DNA from: a virus
Taxonomy: Duplodnaviria; Caudoviricetes
Reading direction: 5' to 3' (one strand)
Virus record (IMG/VR): IMGVR_UViG_3300022200_008417
Location: 1-27,084 of that record
DNA length: 27,084 bases
Made by a program: the position numbers and the translations under genes. Under the pieces are notes generated by a model. The model was given only the letters and a program-made list of their open reading frames with translations, did no database searches and had not been told where the DNA came from. Numbering within the stretch: position 1 is the first letter of the stretch; each line of letters starts with the position of its first letter. Positions 1 to 7,633 of the stretch are shown here, one piece after another.

Positions 1-638
1 GGGCCCCACATCAGGCCTTGTCCTATCGAATTAGCTATTCTTTTCCCTTGATGTTTTTCATCACTAGTGGCATAGCTAAGTCCGGTCATTCCCACAGTTG
101 TAGTAAAACCTCCGGCTAACGCTTTTCCGCCTATAGTTCTTTCGTATACGTTCTGATACGCTTTACCATCAGCGCCGATATATGTTTTTCCATGTTTAAA
201 CTTAGCGTCGTGCCACTGATTCTTAAAGAAATTCTTTAACTTTGTCCCAAAAGGATCATTAGTCCTAAACGGGGCAGCCAAATCCTTTACGCCGCCTACT
301 GTTTTTTCAGCAATACTTTTAGGGTTAAGGAATCCCATACGTCTCCCCTCATGCACAAGCTGTCCCTTTGAAACCTCCCTTACACCGACTGGATTTTTTC
401 TAACAAAAATTCCTTTAAAATTTTCCCCAGTCTGTGTAACCGGCTTTACTCCTTTAGAAAAATTACCAACACCCGTAGTAGTCGGAGCGAAACGCGATCT
501 CCTTGATAGCCATTTCACAGTTCCAGCGCCCTTGCTTTGAAACGCTTTGGGGAGATGTCTAACACCCTTAAAAAGATAATGTGTCAGCCCAGCCTCTTTC
601 GCCATTTCATACATTAGCTGGTGACTTATCTTATGCAT
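1..638 (-). CDS. Basic, Gly-rich hypothetical virion protein, 3'-truncated by the window edge (MHKISHQLMYEMAKEAGLTHYLFKGV...)
   Basis: Hand translation: the ATG at 638-636 overlaps the end of the upstream gene and the frame stays open to position 1. It has an N-terminal K-x-A motif (AKEAG) and a Gly/Ala-rich segment like the other cargo-type genes. Not in the ORF track. Confidence 0.75.
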   Translation of the reverse strand, partial: MHKISHQLMYEMAKEAGLTHYLFKGVRHLPKAFQSKGAGTVKWLSRRSRFAPTTTGVGNFSKGVKPVTQTGENFKGIFVRKNPVGVREVSKGQLVHEGRRMGFLNPKSIAEKTVGGVKDLAAPFRTNDPFGTKLKNFFKNQWHDAKFKHGKTYIGADGKAYQNVYERTIGGKALAGGFTTTVGMTGLSYATSDEKHQGKRIANSIGQGLMWG

Positions 639-1536
639 TTGCTATTCCTGATATTTTAACCTCATTAAGTCTGGGACTGTATCCGTAAATGGCGTTATCC
701 ACCAAAAAAGTACGGTTGCTGCCGTTTATATCCCCTGTGGGAGACTCAGAGACTTCTGTTAATGATACATTTTCCAGGTAATTTATACTAAGTGTAGCCC
801 CGGTCGGCGGAGCCATGCCTGAGATAAATGTCAAACTAGTCCCGGATACGTTAATAACATAATCTCTATTCTCATATAACTGCATAGGGAATACCGTATC
901 ATCGAATACAATACCTGAAAATCCCCCATAATTACTACCGTCAAATGCAATCTTTAGGCTGCTTGTATAAAAATCTTGTAGTGATGTCAGGTTAGTCTGT
1001 TTAGTAAATACAATATTAACTGGCACCACCGACACCTCGGGCTCTACATTTATTGACATGGCCCGCTCCTCGCCTACATCAATAGCCAATATTTTATGTA
1101 ATCCGTTTTTTCTGAGCTGGTCTTTTTGCCCAGTTAGTACATTCCTTACTATAAGCGCTAACTCTTCACACACCAATCCATTTTTGGCTATGCAATTTAT
1201 AGTTACAGATGACTGCAGCAAATCGGTATACTCTCTATTATCACTTATCAGGTCAACGTACGATCTTTGACCTATGCTCGTATTCATCCACCTCATCGGC
1301 CCCCTGCTAAGAACTAATGCTGGTTTTTTACTAACCACATCTAAATCCATAGCAAATTTATCAACTATAATGATTCCAGTATCGTGTGAACTATATTTCC
1401 AGGTATATTTAGTATGCTCCTGGAAATATGCCTGAAGAAAACTTAAAAAAAATCTTTTTATCCATATCGAATCATTAATAGCTAAGCTAAAATCTGAGGG
1501 CTCTCTGATTACTGAAGACTCACTCACAGTTCCCAC
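631..1536 (-). CDS. Putative tail completion/tail-terminator-like structural protein
   Basis: 301-aa ORF downstream of the neck genes, with a PALVLSRG segment and a beta-rich C-terminal domain. The real start is probably the GTG at 1527 (GTGA overlap with the upstream small ORF). Function inferred from synteny. Confidence 0.45.
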   Translation of the reverse strand: MGTVSESSVIREPSDFSLAINDSIWIKRFFLSFLQAYFQEHTKYTWKYSSHDTGIIIVDKFAMDLDVVSKKPALVLSRGPMRWMNTSIGQRSYVDLISDNREYTDLLQSSVTINCIAKNGLVCEELALIVRNVLTGQKDQLRKNGLHKILAIDVGEERAMSINVEPEVSVVPVNIVFTKQTNLTSLQDFYTSSLKIAFDGSNYGGFSGIVFDDTVFPMQLYENRDYVINVSGTSLTFISGMAPPTGATLSINYLENVSLTEVSESPTGDINGSNRTFLVDNAIYGYSPRLNEVKISGIANA

Positions 1537-1691
1537 ACATCCATTTTTGGAGTTAGATAAGTAGATAAATTATCTGGTTGCTTGTTCTGCTTATTAAAAG
1601 CCTCAATTAAGAGCTTGTTTTCAAGTTCTCTTATTTGGATAAAATCATCAGACACCTGGTCTTCATATTTTGGAACTAATACAACATTCAT
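1524..1691 (-). CDS. Small hypothetical protein, 55 aa (MNVVLVPKYEDQVSDDFIQIRELENKLLIEAF...)
   Basis: Hand-translated ORF that fills the gap, sits just downstream of a sigma70-like promoter and is coupled to the next gene by a GTGA overlap. Confidence 0.65.
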   Translation of the reverse strand: MNVVLVPKYEDQVSDDFIQIRELENKLLIEAFNKQNKQPDNLSTYLTPKMDVWEL

Positions 1692-1706
1692 AATATTCGT
1701 TGCTAA

Positions 1707-1735
1707 AGTATATTATATTATTCGTAGAAAGTCAA
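1707..1735 (-). promoter_or_regulatory. Sigma70-like promoter TTGACT-17-TATACT
   Basis: -35 at 1735-1730, -10 at 1712-1707, 17-nt spacer. Confidence 0.7.
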
Positions 1736-2449
1736 GCCTTTAGACTTAAGTATGTGATATAAGGCTTCTATTACGGGCTCATCTAACGATTTTAGAGAGT
1801 ACTTAAACGCGGCATTATTTATTGAGCGAGTTCCACCTTTAATTCCTGGATAATCATAGCTCCTCTTTCTATCCATATCAAGTCTTGCAAACTCCTTTGC
1901 GACTTCAACTGCTTCTTGTTCCTTGTTGGGATTTTTTACTAATTGGTTTAACTGCCTCTTTAGCTCATTTTTCCTTAAGTTAAGATAGGGCATAGACATA
2001 TCATACTGGTGCTGCTCCGAATATGTAGGTTTACTGGGCAGTTTTATCCAGGTATCATTTAACAAATCATAACCAGCAGTCAAGTTTTCAAGTCTAAACA
2101 ATCTGGCACTTACTGATGGGAAGAAGTTTATAGGATGTTTTGTACCTGGTAGGTTCCAACCATTGGTTGCCTTACAAATTTCTTTTATATTAAGAAATAG
2201 TTCATCGTGTTCTGGTTTTAACTGAATACCTATATCTATATCACTGCTGTCATTATATTGGTACCCAAGCATAGATCCTATCAAAGTTATACTGCTAAAC
2301 ACATCCAGGCTATACGGCAATATTTTGCTTAATCTTGCTAATATAATATTCTTAACTTCTTTTTTTAGATTAAACCCTTCCCACATATCCGAAGATAATT
2401 CCGTGCTAATGGGATCAAACATACCTGCTATTTTGTTTATTGTGGCCAT
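1718..2449 (-). CDS. Pol-beta superfamily nucleotidyltransferase
   Basis: The hGS-x10-DhDh signature is present (LIGSMLGYQYNDSSDIDI), followed by HPINFF and GYDLLNDTW segments. Confidence 0.75.
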   Translation of the reverse strand: MATINKIAGMFDPISTELSSDMWEGFNLKKEVKNIILARLSKILPYSLDVFSSITLIGSMLGYQYNDSSDIDIGIQLKPEHDELFLNIKEICKATNGWNLPGTKHPINFFPSVSARLFRLENLTAGYDLLNDTWIKLPSKPTYSEQHQYDMSMPYLNLRKNELKRQLNQLVKNPNKEQEAVEVAKEFARLDMDRKRSYDYPGIKGGTRSINNAAFKYSLKSLDEPVIEALYHILKSKGLTFYE

Positions 2450-3237
2450 GTTATAGGATACTCCAATATAATATCTGTATTATCAATTCTCTTTAATCTT
2501 ACTTGTTGCTGTATAATGTATTGACCCTTTTCGGTAGGCCTACTCTCTATTACTCTCCACCTACGATTTTGCTCATCAACAATAATATCTTGTGGGGATA
2601 GTACAGGTTTGGAGCCCATCCTTAAAAAAGTATCCTGCTGTTCCCACTCACCGAATAAGTTTATAAGAGTAGCTCTTGGTGCTGCGCCAATACTTCCCTG
2701 CATTTGTATAGGAGCCCAATAACCCCCAACCCACCCGGTGTCATAACAGGTCTTACAATTTTCTGTTGTCCTTCTTTGTAAAACAGTGTCCCAACAAACC
2801 GAGCATCGTGTCCCTGTTTTCTTTCTTTTTAGCAGTAAAAATGTTTTTCCACCAAAATCATTTCTCAGTGCAATAGTTTTTCTTCTAATTATCTCTTTGG
2901 CCTTAAGATCCATAGAAGTTTCTAATCTAGCGGGAGTTCCCGCTACGCCTGAAACACCGGTGGTCACTTTAAATGGCACAACAGTATAATAAAAATCATG
3001 CCATTTATATGTTAAATACCCACTAACACTAGTGTCTTCATATTCATTTACTGCTGATGGGTCTAGCCCTGAAACCAATAACTCAAAGTTTCCAGACGAA
3101 TACTGTGGATCATTAGCACTACGATATATGTTTACATAATATGGATCAAGGCTCTCCCAGGTTTCCTCAAATGTCCAGGAAACAGTAAGAGATGTAAGGT
3201 CATGAGACCTGACTGTAATTTTATCAATAGTTACCAT
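2437..3237 (-). CDS. Putative neck/head-closure protein with an N-terminal FN3-like domain and a Zn finger
   Basis: Beta-rich N-terminus (LTVSW...YYVNIYRS...YEDT...YYTVVP), CxxC...CxxCxxTGWVGGY motif, and position next to the adaptor gene downstream of the capsid gene. Confidence 0.55.
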   Translation of the reverse strand: MVTIDKITVRSHDLTSLTVSWTFEETWESLDPYYVNIYRSANDPQYSSGNFELLVSGLDPSAVNEYEDTSVSGYLTYKWHDFYYTVVPFKVTTGVSGVAGTPARLETSMDLKAKEIIRRKTIALRNDFGGKTFLLLKRKKTGTRCSVCWDTVLQRRTTENCKTCYDTGWVGGYWAPIQMQGSIGAAPRATLINLFGEWEQQDTFLRMGSKPVLSPQDIIVDEQNRRWRVIESRPTEKGQYIIQQQVRLKRIDNTDIILEYPITWPQ

Positions 3238-3683
3238 AAGTTACTATAAGCCGACTCTGACCCTCCGTATGCATCGTCAATATTCTTCTGCATCTTGAAG
3301 TTAGTAACAGCCGCTCTTACTTTATTTACTAATACATTATAATAATTTATATACCTACCATAAACATCTATATCTTGTATATTAACTCCGCCAGCATCGT
3401 TATACGATAACTGATTTCTAGCACTGTGTATCCCTGCGCTGGTTAATACTTCTAAAGTTGCTGCATCTCTTAAAATCTTCCAAGATGGGAAATCATCAAG
3501 CGTATACGAAGTCTGGTACCCATACTCGTAATTAATGGCATCTAGCCCATCTTGTAAGGCTTGATATAAATCCAAATCAGTAGATTCTTGTTTTTCTATT
3601 AGTATGTTTAATTCTTCCCTATCTCTTAAAAAATCTCTAAATTTATCAACTTTTAATTTATGTGCTTCTGGTATAGCTGCCAT
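3231..3683 (-). CDS. Putative head-tail adaptor/connector protein
   Basis: 150-aa, probably helical protein (FRDFLRDREELN...LSYNDAGG) between the capsid and closure genes. Inferred from synteny. Confidence 0.5.
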   Translation of the reverse strand: MAAIPEAHKLKVDKFRDFLRDREELNILIEKQESTDLDLYQALQDGLDAINYEYGYQTSYTLDDFPSWKILRDAATLEVLTSAGIHSARNQLSYNDAGGVNIQDIDVYGRYINYYNVLVNKVRAAVTNFKMQKNIDDAYGGSESAYSNLW

Positions 3684-3976
3684 TATAGATCCTCCAAATC
3701 ATAAAGATCCGTCGATGTCCCCGAGATAGGGACTGCTTTTTCTAACACTAAGTCAATATCATCAATTCTAAATCTAACCCTAGCCCCTTGAGGAACAGTC
3801 CATTCTATAAGCCCATTTGCGTCGCTTGTTGATCTAATTCCCCTTTCGGTTGGATTAGAAAAATAAACACCGTCATAATAATATGGTGTATCTATCAACT
3901 CTGCATACCCATAACTACCAGATTTTGCATTGCCGTTGGCGTCTCGCAAATAAGCATAAATAACAACTGTTGACAT
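3683..3976 (-). CDS. Hypothetical beta-rich structural protein, 97 aa
   Basis: ORF with a 1-nt overlap to the adaptor gene and an Ig/prealbumin-like pattern (TSDANGLIEWTVPQGARVRF). Confidence 0.65.
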   Translation of the reverse strand: MSTVVIYAYLRDANGNAKSGSYGYAELIDTPYYYDGVYFSNPTERGIRSTSDANGLIEWTVPQGARVRFRIDDIDLVLEKAVPISGTSTDLYDLEDL

Positions 3977-3979
3977 AAC

Positions 3980-4237
3980 TTATTTTCCTGATATACTCCA
4001 GCCCTCTGTGGTGCTATATCCATGCCCAAAGGTGCCTGAAGACGTGTGTGATACTCTTGATTCGTCCCAAACCTGATCAGCTACATGAATAGGATCATTT
4101 TCATTAATAGACCATACATATCTATTCAGCCAGTCCATAGCCGAATTGCCATCGCACCTAAAAAGATAAGTACCAGAACGTGGGTTCTTGTTCTGGGGGA
4201 AGTGGTTCTTGCAATAATAGATGCCATAAGTTAATAT
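3980..4237 (-). pseudogene. Probable 5'-truncated structural gene remnant, or a 52-aa CDS starting at the ATG at 4138
   Basis: 85 sense codons are open (...GIYYC...GTYLFRCDGNSAMDWLNRYVW...VADQVWDESRVSHTSSGTFGHG...), but there is no start codon before 4138. An out-of-frame ATG at 4227 opens a 33-aa ORF. Confidence 0.4.
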
Positions 4238-4264
4238 CTACTTTCAATTAGTTTTACTTGTATC

Positions 4265-4293
4265 AGTATACTAAATAAATATAATATAATCAA
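4265..4293 (-). promoter_or_regulatory. Sigma70-like promoter TTGATT-17-TATACT
   Basis: -35 at 4293-4288 and -10 at 4270-4265, immediately after the capsid-gene terminator. Confidence 0.65.
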
Positions 4294-4300
4294 GAGCACT

Positions 4301-4331
4301 ATAATAAAAAAGGGGCCGTATGACCCCTTTT
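4301..4331 (-). terminator. Intrinsic terminator after the major capsid gene
   Basis: The minus strand reads AAAAGGGGTC-ATAC-GGCCCCTTTT-TTATTAT, a hairpin with a U-tract. Confidence 0.8.
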
Positions 4332-4353
4332 AATAGCTAATATAAAAACTAAA

Positions 4354-5307
4354 TTAGTACGCGTTAGCACCTGCGGCAGCTGCAGCACTAAACGTCACCA
4401 CAGCAAGAGCATCAGTATTGCCAATACCCATACCAATAAGCTCCCAAGCTACCCAACTAATTACATCCTTCTCCTTCTTGATCCAAAACTTGGTGTCATC
4501 AAGAATATAGGAATGTCCGAGGTACTCCTTAGATGCGAATGCCCAAACCGAGCCCTTCTTTACAAGGTCACCCTTAATAGTGGTAATTAGCTTCTTACCA
4601 AACAGCGTCCCATACTTGTAGCCATTTACGACCATCTCTGAACCAACAGCGTCGCCCACTGTCGATGCAGACCACAGCATGATTTCATTAAAATCTGCCT
4701 GGTTCATCAGAATGACGTCAGTCTTGAAACGGTTTGTTGTTGAAGTTGAGGACTCAGCCTGCTCCAGCGTGTTGAACAGCGTAATAAACACTTCCGGAGA
4801 AATCTTACCATTGTAAGTACCCGACGTATTTACGTGGGAAGTCTTACTTGACGTGGTAATAGCCGCACGACAACGTGTTATAAATCCTTCGTCTTCGATA
4901 CGCTGAATGTCCTTTACAGTGTTCTTTTCAATCAGCTCTGTCAAGGGCATCTCATAAGCAAGCAGTTCGCTTTCAGTCTTCTGGTACGTGTCTGACTCAA
5001 CCTTGTAGAAGCTGATTTCATAACGATCACCTTCAACATAAGTAGTGTCACCAGCACCTCTGAAGTTAACTGCCATAGCCTTACTATCAGGCTCGATGTC
5101 TACAATCTTGACCAGCTGGTCGTGGTTTACGGAACGCTGGCACTCGGCCTTCGTTACATATTCCGGCATCAGGATCTTACGAGCGAAAGAAACTTCACGC
5201 AGCTTCTTGCGAATGAAAGACCCAGCTGAACTAGCAACCTTCTCAGGTTCAGTGCTCAGCTTCTCTAAGAATAGGTCATTAATGACCGTTGCACTTAAAT
5301 TATCCAT
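4354..5307 (-). CDS. Major capsid protein (probably HK97 fold)
   Basis: 317 aa with IRKKLREVSFARKIL and KDIQRIEDEGF segments, a strong AAGGAG RBS and a terminator downstream. It is last in the order protease, scaffold, decoration, capsid. Confidence 0.8.
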   Translation of the reverse strand: MDNLSATVINDLFLEKLSTEPEKVASSAGSFIRKKLREVSFARKILMPEYVTKAECQRSVNHDQLVKIVDIEPDSKAMAVNFRGAGDTTYVEGDRYEISFYKVESDTYQKTESELLAYEMPLTELIEKNTVKDIQRIEDEGFITRCRAAITTSSKTSHVNTSGTYNGKISPEVFITLFNTLEQAESSTSTTNRFKTDVILMNQADFNEIMLWSASTVGDAVGSEMVVNGYKYGTLFGKKLITTIKGDLVKKGSVWAFASKEYLGHSYILDDTKFWIKKEKDVISWVAWELIGMGIGNTDALAVVTFSAAAAAGANAY

Positions 5308-5319
5308 TACTGAGCTCCT

Positions 5320-5784
5320 TTATACCGTTACATACTTAATTACATCGAAGGCAGCACCACTATTGTGATCAAAATAGGTGATACTGTCAGTTCCAATGCA
5401 ATGTGCATATACTGTGTCAGCCGAAACGCCCACACCCGAAGAGGTTACAGGCATCAACTTACCATTCGCAGAAACAGTCAACTCCGTTCCTATAGAATAG
5501 CTCCCAATTGCTCCCTCAAACTGATCGGTCAGGGCACGGTACTTTCCGTACAGAACCGTCAACTTGCTCGTATTGGTAGCGTCAGGCGTGAATCCTGCCG
5601 TACCATCGCGATTTCCTTCTGTCCAGATCTGAAACGCGGCTGCCTGCCCACTTGATGGGAAAGTAGCATAAGTTGCCCCGGGAACCAGCCACTGTCCTTG
5701 GTAGCCGCTGGTAATAAGTGTTCCAGTACCTGTAGTGAAGTCAATGCGCTCGACCTTATTCAGGTCAGATAAAATCTTAAGCAT
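5320..5784 (-). CDS. Putative capsid decoration (cement) protein
   Basis: 154-aa Thr/Gly-rich beta protein directly upstream of the capsid gene, with GGAGG RBS and a YSIGTELTVSANGKL segment. Confidence 0.6.
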   Translation of the reverse strand: MLKILSDLNKVERIDFTTGTGTLITSGYQGQWLVPGATYATFPSSGQAAAFQIWTEGNRDGTAGFTPDATNTSKLTVLYGKYRALTDQFEGAIGSYSIGTELTVSANGKLMPVTSSGVGVSADTVYAHCIGTDSITYFDHNSGAAFDVIKYVTV

Positions 5785-5810
5785 TGCGCTCCTCCAATTA
5801 AAAAATTATG

Positions 5811-6383
5811 TTATGTTAGTAAAAAATCCAACAACGGGTTGTCGGTATCGTTTCTATTATCACTTAAAGAGCCTAGGCCGCCAGCAGTCTTGGCAAAGTC
5901 TAAGGCTTTATTAAGTGTAGTTAACTCGTCTCTTGACTGCTCAGCCAGTTCAGCTACTTTGTCAAGTACTTCATCATGAGAAATATGGCCAGAGTTTTGC
6001 ATGCGCTTAGCGATATTTTCTGCCATCTTGCGTAACTCTGTTTTTTCAGTAAGCTCATTTACCTGTGATTGCAAATCCCTAATCATTAAACTAGCAGACT
6101 TCATCATGGTAATTCTCTCATCATCCCTAACCTCTAAATTAGCCTCTGCTAATTTGTGCATAGGAATTCTTTGAGCCTCGACCCAATCCTGTAGAACTGC
6201 TAACTTTGCTAGCTCATCTACTACCGAGTCGGGGGAAGCAAGTGACTCTAGGTATAGAGCCACTTTTTCCACACTGGGAGCCTCTTCCGCCACCTTCACA
6301 TGACTTGTAGCACTCTCAGGAGCTTGCTCTAGCTGACTGTTGGGATCTAAATCCCTTAAAATATCAGATATAGAAAGTGCCAT
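5811..6383 (-). CDS. Putative scaffolding/prohead core protein
   Basis: Acidic, coiled-coil-like sequence with eight K-x-A motifs (KVA, KVA, KLA, KLA, KSA, KMA, KVA, KTA) and an AGGAG RBS. Confidence 0.55.
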   Translation of the reverse strand: MALSISDILRDLDPNSQLEQAPESATSHVKVAEEAPSVEKVALYLESLASPDSVVDELAKLAVLQDWVEAQRIPMHKLAEANLEVRDDERITMMKSASLMIRDLQSQVNELTEKTELRKMAENIAKRMQNSGHISHDEVLDKVAELAEQSRDELTTLNKALDFAKTAGGLGSLSDNRNDTDNPLLDFLLT

Positions 6384-6396
6384 TAATTAGCTCCTA

Positions 6397-6789
6397 TTAA
6401 TCCAAAGCTTTCTTTATTCCGTAGCCACCAGCACCCAGAGTCACCGCACCAGCACCCGCTGCGCGATAGCCTGCACGGTGCATATTTTGGCCCATCTCGA
6501 ATCCTGCGTCCTGCACCCACTGTGGCAACTTCTTGTTCATCAGTGCGCGAGAGAGATGGAAACCAATCGTCTCTGCTCCACCATGAATTTTGTTTCCTAC
6601 TGCCTTAGCGCCGGAAACCACCTTTCCCAAGTAGGCAGTTTTTTCATACTCGTCGGGATAATCCTGATCAATCAGGAAATTAGCTACCTTAACTACGTCG
6701 TCGTCAGTATATCTCAGGCCTTGTTCTATCAGCAGGTTTTCCGCAACTTCGGCGTACTGGCTAGCTACTTTTACCATTTCGTTATTCAT
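6397..6789 (-). CDS. Prohead core-like protein with a basic, Gly-rich C-terminal module
   Basis: The N-terminal half is paralogous to 6793-7068. After EKTA the sequence becomes basic and Gly/Ala-rich. Confidence 0.6.
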   Translation of the reverse strand: MNNEMVKVASQYAEVAENLLIEQGLRYTDDDVVKVANFLIDQDYPDEYEKTAYLGKVVSGAKAVGNKIHGGAETIGFHLSRALMNKKLPQWVQDAGFEMGQNMHRAGYRAAGAGAVTLGAGGYGIKKALD

Positions 6790-6792
6790 AAT

Positions 6793-7068
6793 TTAATACT
6801 CCAGGCCGTCAATAAATCCCTGCGCCATAACTCTACCGGCGTCAAAGTATTCTGCTACCTTTTCTTCATCCTCTTCTGCATCGAGTTGCGAGTCAATCAA
6901 AAAAGATGCTACTTTTATTACGTCGTCCTCGTCGTACTGAATTCCCTGCTCCTGCAGTAAATCCTCTGCAGCCTCAGCAAATTTTACCAGAGTATCAACC
7001 TGTGCTGTCTTCAGCATTTCGTACTCAGCCTCTTTTTGCATATCTACATATCTGTCTAGTAAACTCAT
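6793..7068 (-). CDS. Acidic prohead core-like protein
   Basis: 91 aa with five K-x-A motifs and an AAGGAG RBS. Confidence 0.65.
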   Translation of the reverse strand: MSLLDRYVDMQKEAEYEMLKTAQVDTLVKFAEAAEDLLQEQGIQYDEDDVIKVASFLIDSQLDAEEDEEKVAEYFDAGRVMAQGFIDGLEY

Positions 7069-7080
7069 TATAAATACTCC

Positions 7081-7563
7081 TTATGCTAAGTGCAGATTAT
7101 AAAGTGTTTCGATAATATAATCAGCCGAGGTCTTAACTGCTGCCTCAGCGGACTCCTGTGCCATAGCAATTTCTGCTGCAGTTGGCTCTACCATCTCTCT
7201 GGTTTTAGCAGCCGCCACTGTCCCGGCTGGTGTCTGAACTACGCCACCGTTGTGTCCGGCAGCATTCAACAGGCTGTTAATGACCTCGGAAGCGGCACTA
7301 CCAACGGCCCCGCCGGCTGTCGATGTCTGCACGTACGGATTAGCATTTCCAGGAAGCTGTCCCGGGTCTGGAGTGACATTAGCTGGGTGCGTGTCAACTG
7401 CAACCTTGTCTAACTCTTCTAGGAAACCGTAGGCCATTACGCGACCTTCTTCATCAGCTTGCTTAATCATATCGTCAGTAATTTCCTGAGTCTGGTCATA
7501 CGCAATCTTCTCGTTATCACCAAACTCCATGTTCTTTAGAACATCCGTAAGTAAAATACTCAT
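7081..7563 (-). CDS. Acidic prohead core-like protein
   Basis: 160 aa. GRVMAYGFLEELDKVA resembles GRVMAQGFIDGL in the next gene. GAGGAG RBS. Confidence 0.65.
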   Translation of the reverse strand: MSILLTDVLKNMEFGDNEKIAYDQTQEITDDMIKQADEEGRVMAYGFLEELDKVAVDTHPANVTPDPGQLPGNANPYVQTSTAGGAVGSAASEVINSLLNAAGHNGGVVQTPAGTVAAAKTREMVEPTAAEIAMAQESAEAAVKTSADYIIETLYNLHLA

Positions 7564-7599
7564 AGTATTAGACTCCTCTAATTAGTTAAATGTAAGTAT

Positions 7600-7627
7600 A
7601 TTATACACATAAATTTTTATTTGTCAA
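7600..7627 (-). promoter_or_regulatory. Consensus sigma70-like promoter TTGACA-16-TATAAT for the scaffold-capsid operon
   Basis: -35 at 7627-7622 and -10 at 7605-7600, directly followed by an overlapping TATACT. Confidence 0.75.
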
Positions 7628-7633
7628 GTAAAA

